Of a DNA stretch of 64,000 bases, positions 20,019 through 29,771 are shown one piece after another. Position numbers and translations under genes: made by a program. This DNA comes from Anaerohalosphaeraceae bacterium (GTDB taxonomy: Bacteria > Planctomycetota > Phycisphaerae > Sedimentisphaerales > Anaerohalosphaeraceae). Numbering within the stretch: position 1 is the first letter of the stretch; each line of letters begins with the position of its first letter. Location of the stretch: assembly GCA_963675525.2 (NCBI GenBank), contig CAXXSL010000016.1, forward strand, positions 96,001-160,000, in the 5' to 3' direction. Under the pieces are notes generated by a model. That model was not told the origin of the DNA and ran no database searches. It worked only from the letters and a program-made list of their open reading frames with translations.

Positions 20019-21422
20019 GTGAAGAAAAAAAACATTATCATATTGATTATCAGCGTTACCGTTCTTCTCGTCATATTATTTTATGGTGCTAAAAAAGCCG
20101 GCTCTATGGTTGTAAAGAAATCCTTGTCCAAAGCCATTAATGTTCGGATCGAAACCGTCCAACCGGGTGAATTTTTGGAAATCGTCAATGCCCCGGGAGA
20201 AATCCGGCCTGAAACAGAAGTGGACATCAGCGCAAAAGTGTCCGCCCGTATTATTGAAATTCCCTTTGACGAAGGCGACACGGTAACCGCCGGCGACCCG
20301 AAGGCCGATCCGCCTGTTGCCCCATCCCTGCTGATCCGTCTTGATTCAAAAGACCTTGAAAGTCAATTGCGCAGTGCCGAAGCCAATCGGGATGCTCAAA
20401 TAGCTCGCATCGAGGTTGAAAAATCAAATATTCTCTCGCAAAAAGCAACATTAAAAGGCCTGGAGGCAACACTGAATCAGTCCCGCATGGACTTTGACAG
20501 GCAAAATAAACTGCTTGAAAGTCACGACATCAGTCAGTCCAGTTTTGACCTGTGCCAATCCAATCTTCAGGAACTTCAAGCTCGATATACCGCCTCGGAA
20601 CATTCCATTCGAGCCGCCGAACAAAACCTGGTCGTCATGCAGCACAATCTCAAAGCCTCCGAAGCACGGGTCGAAGAGGGGCAGGAAGCACTCAGTTACA
20701 CGACGATCTATTCACCCATCGACGGTACCGTTACACAGACCAACGCCGAAGTCGGCGAAGTGGTAATGACCGGCACAATGAACAATCCCGGAACAGTCAT
20801 CATGCAGGTTGCAGACCTTTCGAAAATGATTTTGCTGGCGCAACTGGATGAAACAAATATCGGGCAGGTCCAAATCGGTCAAAAGGCAACCGTCCATATT
20901 CCTGCCTTCTGGGAGGAGGAATTTGACGGCGTCGTTCAGAACATCGCACTGACGCATCGAATGTCGAATACGGGCGCTAAGTATTATAAGACCGAGATCC
21001 TTATTCATGGAGATGTCGCCAAACTGCGCTCCGGCCTGACAGCTGATGTCGACATCGAAACCAACCGCTATCAGGATGTGATCAAAGTTCCCAGCCAGGC
21101 CGTGCTTGCACGTCGCACTGACAGCCTGCCGCTGGATATCACAGACGGCAACCCCGTCGTCGATAAAAAGAAAACGGATATCCCGGTTGTTTACCGGCAG
21201 GTCGATGGTAAGGCCGTGGTTACGCCCGTAGCTATCGGACCGAGCGACCTGACGCATACCTTGATACGAGCCGGACTAAAGCCCGGTGATACAGTGATCG
21301 TCGGTCCGTATAAGATTCTGGACACACTGAAGCACGACACGAATGTTAAGGAAGAAACGGCAAAAACTCCGGAAACTCAGAATACCAAAGATCCCAACGA
21401 CTCTGACGATAAACAATCATAA
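20019..21422 (+). CDS. MacA/HlyD-type efflux periplasmic adaptor
   Basis: N-terminal TM, lipoyl-like halves, long coiled coil, IYSPIDGTV. Confidence 0.88.
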   Translation: MKKKNIIILIISVTVLLVILFYGAKKAGSMVVKKSLSKAINVRIETVQPGEFLEIVNAPGEIRPETEVDISAKVSARIIEIPFDEGDTVTAGDPKADPPVAPSLLIRLDSKDLESQLRSAEANRDAQIARIEVEKSNILSQKATLKGLEATLNQSRMDFDRQNKLLESHDISQSSFDLCQSNLQELQARYTASEHSIRAAEQNLVVMQHNLKASEARVEEGQEALSYTTIYSPIDGTVTQTNAEVGEVVMTGTMNNPGTVIMQVADLSKMILLAQLDETNIGQVQIGQKATVHIPAFWEEEFDGVVQNIALTHRMSNTGAKYYKTEILIHGDVAKLRSGLTADVDIETNRYQDVIKVPSQAVLARRTDSLPLDITDGNPVVDKKKTDIPVVYRQVDGKAVVTPVAIGPSDLTHTLIRAGLKPGDTVIVGPYKILDTLKHDTNVKEETAKTPETQNTKDPNDSDDKQS

Positions 21423-21444
21423 AAAAATATTATCGAAAACACCG

Positions 21445-22203
21445 ATGCCAGATACGGAAAACAATAAAATACTCATTCGAACGCAGGGACTGACCCGTAC
21501 TTACAAAGTGGGGCTGGAAAGGGTCTATGCGTTGCGAAGCATCAATCTCAACGTCTGCGAAAATGAATATGTTGCGGTTATGGGACACAGTGGTTCCGGC
21601 AAAAGCACCCTGATGAATCTGCTCGGCTGCCTGGACATCGCCGATGCGGGCCAGTACGAACTCAATGGCATCAACACCACATACATGAATTCATCCCAGC
21701 TGGCGCACGTGCGCAATCAGCAAATCGGGTTTGTGTTTCAATCGTTTGAATTACTGTCGCGAGTGTCCGCATTAAAAAATGTGGAACTGCCGCTGATCTA
21801 CTCTGACGCCCCTTTTGGGCAACGGCGAAAACTGGCTCAGGAAGCGCTCCGACGGGTCGGCTTGTCGGACCGCATCCATCACAAGCCCAACCAGCTTAGC
21901 GGCGGTGAAAAACAACGTGTCGCCGTTGCCCGCGCATTGGTCGGCAAGCCCAGCATCCTCCTGGCCGACGAACCCACGGGGAATCTGGACTCCAAAACGA
22001 GCGACGGCATTATGCAGTTGTTTGAAAAACTACACACCGAAGGGCAAACCATTATCATGGTCACGCATGAATCGGATATTGCCGCACACGCTCGCCGGAT
22101 CGTACGGATGCAGGATGGGGAAATCGTCAGCGATCTGCCGACGGAGCAGGATCCGCTATCCGTCCATTACGAGGATCCTTCCGCATCGGAGCCGTCTCAA
22201 TGA
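21445..22203 (+). CDS. ABC transporter ATP-binding protein (MacB/LolD-like)
   Basis: GHSGSGKST Walker [11 protein letters not shown] signature, [12 protein letters not shown]. Confidence 0.95.
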   Translation: MPDTENNKILIRTQGLTRTYKVGLERVYALRSINLNVCENEYVAVMGHSGSGKSTLMNLLGCLDIADAGQYELNGINTTYMNSSQLAHVRNQQIGFVFQSFELLSRVSALKNVELPLIYSDAPFGQRRKLAQEALRRVGLSDRIHHKPNQLSGGEKQRVAVARALVGKPSILLADEPTGNLDSKTSDGIMQLFEKLHTEGQTIIMVTHESDIAAHARRIVRMQDGEIVSDLPTEQDPLSVHYEDPSASEPSQ

Positions 22204-23462
22204 AAATGCTGCTGCTGATTCCGCTAAAAATCTTTCGTCTGTTGATACAAAGTACGTTGCTGGCGCTCAACCAGATTTGGGTCAATAAAACCCGCAGCAT
22301 CCTGACCACGGTTGGTATTATCATCGGTGTCGCGTCGGTGTCAGCCGTTATTGCCGCGATGGACGGCATGAACAATAAGATCATGGAAAATTTCGAAACC
22401 TTCGGCACCAAAAAAATCTTTCTCTGGCCGGAGCGTCCATCCTCGGGACCCAAAAAGAATGTCGACTGGTGGCAGATTCGCTTCAAACAAGAAGAATTTA
22501 ACGGCATGCTCGAATATTGCCCCTCCGTCGAATCGAAGTCATTTATCTCTGATGGTCGAAATTTACCGGCTCGATTTGAGGAAACAAGCGTAGAATCGGT
22601 TCGGCTCAACGGCGTTGAAGCAAGTTGGTTTGAAATTGAAAATCGGGAAATTATCATGGGACGGCCCTTTTCGCATCTGGATGAAAAACAGGGTCGCAAG
22701 GTCTGTATCATCTCCAAAGGACTCCGGGATAAACTGCAGATGGATCAAGAATGTACGGGCCAGGCCATTACGTTCGGATACCATACATTTCTGGTAATCG
22801 GCCTGCTGGAAGAGAAACCCAGTATGATGTTTGACAATAGTAACCGGGATAACCTCGAAGCTTATATTCCGTTTCGGACCATGCGGAAGATCAGCAATAA
22901 TGAGTGGTTCCGCGTTATGGCCAATTGCAAAAGCACCGATCTGGCAGAGGAAGCGAAAGCGGAAATTAAGTTTTTTCTGCGACGAACCCGACACATCCGC
23001 CCCGGCGAGCCGGATACGTTTAACGTGTTCGTGATGGAAAATGAAGTTAAACAAGTCATGGGAGTCCTGGGGATGATCTCGGGGGTAGCATACGCAATCG
23101 TCAGTATTTCGCTGCTGGTCGGCGGCGTCGGCATTATGAACATTATGTTGGTGTCGGTGTCCGAGCGAACGCGTGAGATCGGCTTGCGTAAAGCCGTCGG
23201 AGCCAAACCATCGGCCATCCTGACCCAGTTTTTGGTCGAAGCGGTGGTCTTGTGTCTGTTTGGTGGCCTGATCGGCCTCAGTATCGGGCACCTGTCGACA
23301 ATGCTGATATCAAAATTCCCTCTGATGGAAGGAACGAGAATCCCCTTCTGGGCCATTCTGCTGTCGTTCGGATTTTCCGGAGGGGTAGGCGTCGTTTTCG
23401 GCATGTTCCCCGCGATCAAAGCCGCTCGCCTGAATCCCATTGACGCATTAAGACATGAATAA
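22200..23462 (+). CDS. ABC transporter permease (MacB/FtsX-like)
   Basis: [53 protein letters not shown]. Confidence 0.95.
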   Translation: MKMLLLIPLKIFRLLIQSTLLALNQIWVNKTRSILTTVGIIIGVASVSAVIAAMDGMNNKIMENFETFGTKKIFLWPERPSSGPKKNVDWWQIRFKQEEFNGMLEYCPSVESKSFISDGRNLPARFEETSVESVRLNGVEASWFEIENREIIMGRPFSHLDEKQGRKVCIISKGLRDKLQMDQECTGQAITFGYHTFLVIGLLEEKPSMMFDNSNRDNLEAYIPFRTMRKISNNEWFRVMANCKSTDLAEEAKAEIKFFLRRTRHIRPGEPDTFNVFVMENEVKQVMGVLGMISGVAYAIVSISLLVGGVGIMNIMLVSVSERTREIGLRKAVGAKPSAILTQFLVEAVVLCLFGGLIGLSIGHLSTMLISKFPLMEGTRIPFWAILLSFGFSGGVGVVFGMFPAIKAARLNPIDALRHE

Positions 23463-25125
23463 AGACAGGATTATTAAAATGAAATATCATCACATACTCA
23501 TCGGACTGCTTTTATTAAGTATCGTTTTATGGTTATCCGGTTGCCGACAACCCTCCTCTGGCACAGCCTTCTACAAACTCAACACCTCTCCGGAAAAAGT
23601 GCGCGAAATTGAAACCTTTGAATTGGAATCCTATCGCTCTGAGCCGCAGCCTGATACAAGCACGCCTTCCGTGCTGGAACTGCCCAAAGAACCGCTCGAA
23701 AAAATCGACCTGGAACTGGATCAGTGCCGGGCACTGGCCCTCGAAAACAATCTGGATTTAAACGTTCAACTGTTAGCGCCCGCCATTGCACAGGAAAACG
23801 TTAATGCTGAACGCGCCAAATTCGAAGCGTCATTTTTTACCGATCTAACCTATAGCAAGTCGGATCAGCCTTCCGCAACAAGTCTCGATATCAGCGGTTC
23901 AAAAACGGATTACTCAAAGACCGATCTCGGCGTTAGAATCCCTCTCCAGACCGGCGGCACCGTTACGTTTGATCTGGCGGAATCGCGCACCAAGACCAAT
24001 TCCGAATATTCCATTTTTAACCCCTCCTATTCGACTGACACATTTGTATCCATCAGCCAGCCTTTACTGCGAAATGCGGGGATTCGGACAAATACACACT
24101 CGATCCGTATTGCTGAGTATGAAAAGTATCGCACGGATATCGCAACAAAAATGGAGGTCATACGGGTTTTGGCGGCAATGGATCGTGTGTATTGGCGCCT
24201 TTATGCCGCCTCCAAACAAGTCCAGGTCAGTAAGCAGCGGTATGAACTGGCCAAGGCTCAGCTTGAACGGGCACAACGTTTCGTGGATGCGGGCCAACAT
24301 GCACAAATCGAGATCAATCGGGCCGAGGCGGGACTGGCTGAAAGCCTTCAATTTATTATCAACGCGGAAAATGAAATGCGGGATCGCCAGCGAGAGACCA
24401 AACAAACCCTGAATAAATCCGGCCTTGAAACGCGGGGGACAACCGTTATTGCTCCCCTCACCGAACCGAATCCGGTTCACTATACGTTTGATGCAGACCG
24501 CCTGATCGAACAGGCGTTTGAGAACCGTACGGAAATGCTCGACTATGAATTGCGATTAGCTCAGCACATTAGCGAAATTGATTTTCGCCGCAACCAGACG
24601 CTGCCGCTGGTGACTTTGAATTATCAATACAATATCAATGGACTCGGACCAACCAGCAGCGACGCCTACGATCTGCTGACGGACCATCGCTTTGTGGATC
24701 ATTATATGGGAGCCAGCATTCAGATCCCGCTGGGCAATCAGGCGGCCAAAAGCAATCTGCGCGCGGCAGTCTATTCCAGAATGCAAACCATCGCCTCTAA
24801 GGAAAGACAGCGGTCCATGATCGAGGTCGAAGTGCTCAATGCGCTGGACCAGGCTGAGTCCAACTGGCTGCGCGTACTGGCCGCCCGGCAAAACACCATC
24901 CTGCAGGAACGCCTGTATCAAGCCGAGATACGCCAGTTCGAAAACGGACTGACCACATCAACCGACGTTCTCGAGGCCCAAACCAACTTTTCCAACGCCC
25001 AGAGTTCGGAAATTAACGCCCTGACCGAATATGAAATCGCATTGGTCGATTTAGCCTATGCGACCGGTACTCTCCTGGGGGCCACCCAGGTCGAATGGGA
25101 ACCAATTCAGCCATCCATGCAATAA
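23455..25125 (+). CDS. TolC-family outer membrane lipoprotein
   Basis: Lipobox LSGC; OEP repeats (ALENNLDL, FENGLTTSTDVLEAQ). Confidence 0.88.
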   Translation: MNKDRIIKMKYHHILIGLLLLSIVLWLSGCRQPSSGTAFYKLNTSPEKVREIETFELESYRSEPQPDTSTPSVLELPKEPLEKIDLELDQCRALALENNLDLNVQLLAPAIAQENVNAERAKFEASFFTDLTYSKSDQPSATSLDISGSKTDYSKTDLGVRIPLQTGGTVTFDLAESRTKTNSEYSIFNPSYSTDTFVSISQPLLRNAGIRTNTHSIRIAEYEKYRTDIATKMEVIRVLAAMDRVYWRLYAASKQVQVSKQRYELAKAQLERAQRFVDAGQHAQIEINRAEAGLAESLQFIINAENEMRDRQRETKQTLNKSGLETRGTTVIAPLTEPNPVHYTFDADRLIEQAFENRTEMLDYELRLAQHISEIDFRRNQTLPLVTLNYQYNINGLGPTSSDAYDLLTDHRFVDHYMGASIQIPLGNQAAKSNLRAAVYSRMQTIASKERQRSMIEVEVLNALDQAESNWLRVLAARQNTILQERLYQAEIRQFENGLTTSTDVLEAQTNFSNAQSSEINALTEYEIALVDLAYATGTLLGATQVEWEPIQPSMQ

Positions 25126-25311
25126 AAAACTGATACTTGAGTCAAGCGTTCATATAACATGTCATTCCAAGCATAGGCGAAGAATCTATTATTCAACCAC
25201 GGCGCAGCCGTTTCCGCTTTTTTTCTCAAGTTGACTACAATGATACATAAAAGGTTTTGAAATCTTGAAAAAAAGCGTATAATCCGAGAAGATTTTGTGG
25301 GAGCTAATCAC

Positions 25312-26421
25312 ATGCAAACAGATACGGACACCATGCAATTGGCGTTGGAATTGGCCCGGCGGGGATTGGGCAATGTCGAACCCAACCCGGCGGTCGGCTG
25401 TGTCATCGTCAAAAACGATGAAATCATCGGTCAGGGCTGGCACCAGCGTTTCGGCGGGCCTCATGCTGAAATTAACGCCTTGGGGGATTGCCGAGCCAAA
25501 GGGCACGACCCGAGGGGAGCAACGATGTATGCCACGCTCGAACCGTGCAGCCATACCGGAAAAACCCCGCCCTGCTGTCAGGCCGTGATCGAAGCGGGCA
25601 TCAAAAAAATCTTCATCGCCTCCGAGGACCCGACCAAACTGGCCTCCGGCGGAATCGAACAACTCAAACAAGCTGGTATCCAGGTCGAAACAGGCCTTTG
25701 CGGCGACGAGGCCGAACAGCTTAATGCGCCATTCTATAAACATGCCCGCACAGGCCTGCCGTGGGTTATTGTCAAATGGGCACAAAGCATCGACGGGAAA
25801 CTGAGCTGGGTAAATCCGCCTGCCGAAGGCAACTGGATTTCCAATGAAAAAAGCCGAGCTGACGTGCATCAACTCCGCAAAAAAGTACAGGCCATCTTAA
25901 CCGGCATCGACACCGTCATCACCGATAATCCAAAACTGACCGTCCGCGTCGAAGGCGAATCCATCGACTGTCCACCGCTGCGAACCGTACTCGACAGCAA
26001 ACTGCGAATGCCGTGGGATTGTTATCTGATTACGGTTCACGACGCGCCAACGCTCATCGTGACGACCGAGCAAACCGCACAAACGGAATTTCAGCAGGTT
26101 GAAAAGCTACAAGACGCAGGTGTAGAAGTTTTCGCCGTGCAGGAATGCCGGGAACACTGCGACTTGAAAGCAACGCTAACCGAACTGGGTCGCCGCGGTA
26201 TCCAGCAGTTGCTCGTCGAAGCGGGCCCAAGACTGATCAGCCAGTTCCTCGCTGAAAACCTCACCGACGAACTCCGCATCTACATCGCCCCCATGATATT
26301 AGGCCAAAACGGAACCGCCGACATCTCCGCCCCCCTGTCCGCCATCGTCAACCGCCAAATACTCAAAAAACCCAAAATGCAAACTTTCGATAACGATATT
26401 TGTATTTCAGGATATCTCTGA
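25312..26421 (+). CDS. ribD: Bifunctional riboflavin deaminase/reductase RibD
   Basis: PNPAVGCV, PHAE, TLEPCSHTGKTPPC, KWAQSIDG motifs. Confidence 0.97.
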   Translation: MQTDTDTMQLALELARRGLGNVEPNPAVGCVIVKNDEIIGQGWHQRFGGPHAEINALGDCRAKGHDPRGATMYATLEPCSHTGKTPPCCQAVIEAGIKKIFIASEDPTKLASGGIEQLKQAGIQVETGLCGDEAEQLNAPFYKHARTGLPWVIVKWAQSIDGKLSWVNPPAEGNWISNEKSRADVHQLRKKVQAILTGIDTVITDNPKLTVRVEGESIDCPPLRTVLDSKLRMPWDCYLITVHDAPTLIVTTEQTAQTEFQQVEKLQDAGVEVFAVQECREHCDLKATLTELGRRGIQQLLVEAGPRLISQFLAENLTDELRIYIAPMILGQNGTADISAPLSAIVNRQILKKPKMQTFDNDICISGYL

Positions 26422-26434
26422 GAAGGAGAATAAG

Positions 26435-26860
26435 ATGCTTAAGCGCACAATTATTATAATCATTTTGGTTGTAATTAGCACAAGTCTTTATTTCGGCACA
26501 AAAATGGGATTTTGGGTTTATCACTGTAAAAAACACATTCAACAACGCAAAAATCTAATTCTTAAGGAGACCGATCATAAAGAATTGTTAATCGCATGTC
26601 AGATTATTTTGGAAAATACAACAACAGACACCCTTCTTCAAGAATCTAACTGGCCATTAATTATAAAAAATCTCAAACCAACTTATGTACACGTTGAATC
26701 AGAAAGCTTGGATATCGAAATGGGTGGTGGTTTTTTCTCTTTTGGAATTATTGCCTATAAAGAAGGAATGGAAGTTTCTTTAGAAGAAAATAATGAGAAT
26801 GCTGAAAGTTATCAATATGAACAACTTATAGAAGGATTATGGTATTACGAAGAAAAATAA
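26435..26860 (+). CDS. Hypothetical AT-rich membrane-anchored/exported protein
   Basis: AGGAG RBS, N-terminal hydrophobic segment, much more AT-rich than its neighbours. Confidence 0.75.
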   Translation: MLKRTIIIIILVVISTSLYFGTKMGFWVYHCKKHIQQRKNLILKETDHKELLIACQIILENTTTDTLLQESNWPLIIKNLKPTYVHVESESLDIEMGGGFFSFGIIAYKEGMEVSLEENNENAESYQYEQLIEGLWYYEEK

Positions 26861-26930
26861 CTCTGAAACATTTGCTTTGATTCCTAAAGTAAACTTATCC
26901 ACAAGTGAATATTTCCTAAACTAAAACGGT

Positions 26931-26997
26931 TTTTTATTCAGCACGCTTTTGCTTCGCAGGATATGGTGGTAGTGTTTGGCGAAGCGGTGGATTTCGT
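26931..26997 (-). repeat. Duplicated 3' end of uvrC (att-like direct repeat; partner at 28378-28444)
   Basis: 58/67 nt identical; encodes EIHRFAKHYHHILRSKSVLNK versus EAHRFAQHYHHILRSKSVLNK. Confidence 0.92.
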
Positions 26998-27043
26998 AGA
27001 ATTTTGTCTGCTTGGTTTCAATAAATTCCATTGTTTTTTTGCC

Positions 27044-27072
27044 TTGACAATTGTATAGTTTTTCTATACAAT
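27044..27072 (+). promoter_or_regulatory. sigma70 promoter TTGACA-17-TACAAT overlapped by the perfect inverted repeat ATTGTATAG-N5-CTATACAAT
   Basis: -35 at 27044-27049, -10 at 27067-27072, IR at 27050-27072; in-frame GTG 6 nt downstream. Confidence 0.85.
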
Positions 27073-27078
27073 CTGAAT

Positions 27079-27642
27079 GTGAAATTAAAGACTTTGGACA
27101 TCCTGAAAACGTTGGAAGCAACTGCCAACATCCTGCAATGGGACGGCGAAAATATCGAGATTTTGCTTATCGGCGGGGCTGCCGGGATGCTCACCGGCCA
27201 ATTACCGGCTCATCGAGTGACTCAAGACTGCGATGTAATGGACTTTACACCAAAGGAAGCACAAAAGGCGGTTTTAGATGCCGCCGCTCAGGTTTCACAG
27301 GAAAAAGGGTTGCCGGAACATTGGCTCAGTACACAGGCGATGGACTCTTTGAATGTTTTGCCTGATGGCTGGCAATCAAGGCGTATTCACATTGCGTCTT
27401 TCGGCAAACTGTCGGTCTATGCCGTCAGTCGGCTGGACCTTCTGGCGATGAAATTCTACGCCAATCGACCGCAGGACCGTCAGGATATTATCGAAATGAA
27501 ACCGTCGCCGGAAGAAATTGAATATATCCGAAAATACCTTGATATGCTTCGTGTTCCATCCCGACGTACCGATCTTGACCAGGTCGTCAGCGCTTTTAAA
27601 TTAGTTGACGCAATGGAGAATTTGTTCTATGGCAACCGATAA
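27079..27642 (+). CDS. Nucleotidyltransferase-fold protein (DUF6036/AbiEii-like), putative toxin
   Basis: LLIGGAA...RVTQDCD and LAMKFYANRPQDRQD motifs of DNA-pol-beta-type TA nucleotidyltransferases. Confidence 0.78.
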   Translation: MKLKTLDILKTLEATANILQWDGENIEILLIGGAAGMLTGQLPAHRVTQDCDVMDFTPKEAQKAVLDAAAQVSQEKGLPEHWLSTQAMDSLNVLPDGWQSRRIHIASFGKLSVYAVSRLDLLAMKFYANRPQDRQDIIEMKPSPEEIEYIRKYLDMLRVPSRRTDLDQVVSAFKLVDAMENLFYGNR

Positions 27643-28333
27643 TCTACTAAAGCAATGGGCCAGACTCGGAGCTACATTCAATGTTCAGCCTGCCGGTAAA
27701 ACGCCGGACATTGAAAAACTTCTGATTGATACCGTGACAGAGTTGCCACAGATACCCAGATTGCTGCCGGTCTGTGTCACATGGCTGACACAGTATAGCC
27801 GTCTGGTTTGCAGGCATCGACTGACCGGGCTCGTCTCCAATCTTTCAGACACTGATGTGTCTGCAACGATGGGGTTACTATTAAGTATTGTTAAAGTTTT
27901 TTCAGGAACAGACCATTTCAATCTCGTCATCAAGCAATGCAAACCATTAAAAACACCAAAGCCTCTTTTCGCTGTGGATCGCATGTCTGATAAGCTTTCA
28001 GAGCTGTCACGGAACAACAGTTCATCGACCGGCCGCAAGTGGGGCCTGTGGTGTGAGCCTGTCGATTTAAAAGAAGATGCCGTTCGTCCCCTGACATGGG
28101 TTATGCTCCAAAACCCCTCGCTCAAACAGCGGGCAATTTTCAACGGAAATCTGCGTGCCTCAATTCTGGAAACTCTCGCCTGCGATAAACAAGCCGGTCG
28201 GAGCGAATCACTATTAGCAAGACACTGTCATGCCACCCGCAAAGCCATCCGTGAAGCGCTGGACCACCTTGAATTCTGCCAGCTTGTTTTTCGCCGCAAT
28301 GTAGCTGGTAAAATCTTGATTTCACTTTGCTAA
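27629..28333 (+). CDS. Hypothetical protein with C-terminal winged HTH, putative antitoxin/autorepressor
   Basis: GGAG RBS; overlaps the upstream stop; C-terminus LRASILETL...SESLLARHCHATRKAIREALDHL looks like a wHTH. Confidence 0.65.
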   Translation: MATDNLLKQWARLGATFNVQPAGKTPDIEKLLIDTVTELPQIPRLLPVCVTWLTQYSRLVCRHRLTGLVSNLSDTDVSATMGLLLSIVKVFSGTDHFNLVIKQCKPLKTPKPLFAVDRMSDKLSELSRNNSSSTGRKWGLWCEPVDLKEDAVRPLTWVMLQNPSLKQRAIFNGNLRASILETLACDKQAGRSESLLARHCHATRKAIREALDHLEFCQLVFRRNVAGKILISLC

Positions 28334-28361
28334 TTGTGGCATATTCGACAACTGGAAACCA

Positions 28362-29714
28362 TCAGTCTAACTTTTGATTTTTATTTAACACGCTTTTGCT
28401 GCGGAGGATGTGGTGGTAGTGCTGGGCGAAGCGGTGGGCTTCGTCTCGGACATATTGAATCAGTTTCAGCACCGGTGAATGAGCGGACAGTTTCAACGGC
28501 TTAGTCTTTCCGTGAATGTAAATCATCTCTTCTCTTTTTGCGATCGACACCAGCTTCGGCACCAGTGCATTCATCTCGCAAAACGCCTCCTCGACGGCAT
28601 GCAACTGTCCGATGCCGCCATCGATCAATACCAAATCCGGCCATAATTCCTCGCCTGCCATCGCTCGCTTATACCGCCGGGTGACAATTTCCTTTAAAGC
28701 GGCGTAATCATCCACACCCTTAACCGTCTTAATCTTAAACCGCCGGTAGCCATCCTTAAACGGCCGCCCGTCAATAAACTGTACCATCGAGCCAACCGTT
28801 TCCTGTCCCGCCAGATGCGCGATATCAAACCCCTCAATAATCCGCACCGGCTGTTCGGCCCCCAGAGCCGTCTGCAATTTCTCCAGCGCCTCCGTCGGGT
28901 CACCCGCAAACACCTCCGGCTGCACATTGCCCTCAACCGTACCGCGCCGGTCGAGATTTTCGATCAGCCGAATCCGATCGCGGTACATCGCCGCCACTTC
29001 AAAATCCTTCGCCTCCGATGACACCGCCATCTTCTTCTTCAAATCCCGCAGCACCGTTGACCGCTTCGACTGCAAAAACTTCACCAGGTCCTTAATCTGC
29101 ATCTTATAGTCAGCCTTCGACACTCGATCCGCACACGGCGCCGAACACTGCTTAATATTGTGCAAAATGCACGGCCGGAAAAACCGCCGCTTGTCGTCCT
29201 GTGTATGAATCTCCAGCTTGCACGTACGAAACCGGAAAATCTTCTGCAGCACATTCATCACCGCCCGCAGTTCCTTGACATTCGTAAACGGCCCGAACAG
29301 CTTGCTCCGGCTGTCCTGTGGATTCCGCGTCACATACACCCCCGGAAATTCCTGCCGGGTCGTCACCTCCAGATACGGAAACGTCTTGGCATCCTTTAAA
29401 TCCGAATTGTACGGCGGATGAATATCCTTGATCAGCCGCGCCTCCTGCAAAATCGCATCCACTTCGCTTTCGGTTTCGATATACTCCACCGTTGCGGTCT
29501 TGCTAATCATCTCCACGATCCAAGGCCCGCGGCTTTGCCCCAAATTCACCCCCGGCTGAAAATAACTTCCGGCACGGCTCCGCAGATTTTTCGCCTTGCC
29601 GATATACAGTACCTTGTCGGCGGCATCCTTCATGAAATACAGACCCGGCCCCGTTGGAAACGTACGAATCGTTTCCCGAATTTCTTCCAGCGCTTTTTTT
29701 GCTGTTTTAGCCAT
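28362..29714 (-). CDS. uvrC: Excinuclease ABC subunit C (GIY-YIG, UVR and RNaseH-like domains; no C-terminal HhH)
   Basis: PGLYFMKD..VLYIGKAKNLRSR, IEGFDIAH, PDLVLIDGG, RDEAHRFA. Confidence 0.93.
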   Translation of the reverse strand: MAKTAKKALEEIRETIRTFPTGPGLYFMKDAADKVLYIGKAKNLRSRAGSYFQPGVNLGQSRGPWIVEMISKTATVEYIETESEVDAILQEARLIKDIHPPYNSDLKDAKTFPYLEVTTRQEFPGVYVTRNPQDSRSKLFGPFTNVKELRAVMNVLQKIFRFRTCKLEIHTQDDKRRFFRPCILHNIKQCSAPCADRVSKADYKMQIKDLVKFLQSKRSTVLRDLKKKMAVSSEAKDFEVAAMYRDRIRLIENLDRRGTVEGNVQPEVFAGDPTEALEKLQTALGAEQPVRIIEGFDIAHLAGQETVGSMVQFIDGRPFKDGYRRFKIKTVKGVDDYAALKEIVTRRYKRAMAGEELWPDLVLIDGGIGQLHAVEEAFCEMNALVPKLVSIAKREEMIYIHGKTKPLKLSAHSPVLKLIQYVRDEAHRFAQHYHHILRSKSVLNKNQKLD

Positions 29715-29771
29715 GCTTATTATCTTACCAGATATGCATAGAAAAAATGAATGAAAAAAAACGAAGAACGG

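Larger units (their letters stand above)
26931..28444. mobile_element. Small genomic islet inserted at the uvrC 3' end
   Basis: Two genes bracketed by the 67-bp direct repeat; no integrase present. Confidence 0.7.

Noticed and set aside
25160..25187. TGTCATTCC..GAATCT REP-like remnant
   Set aside because: Degenerate and single in this window; cannot be supported without the rest of the genome
26895..26903. Perfect DnaA box TTATCCACA
   Set aside because: Single copy, with no cluster or oriC context
26921..27121. 66-aa ORF ending like UvrC
   Set aside because: Chance ORF running through the duplicated uvrC tail and the islet promoter; treated as a repeat
28362..28444. uvrC truncated by the islet insertion (no HhH domain)
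   Set aside because: Both repeat copies stop within a few codons of each other, so the short C-terminus predates the insertion
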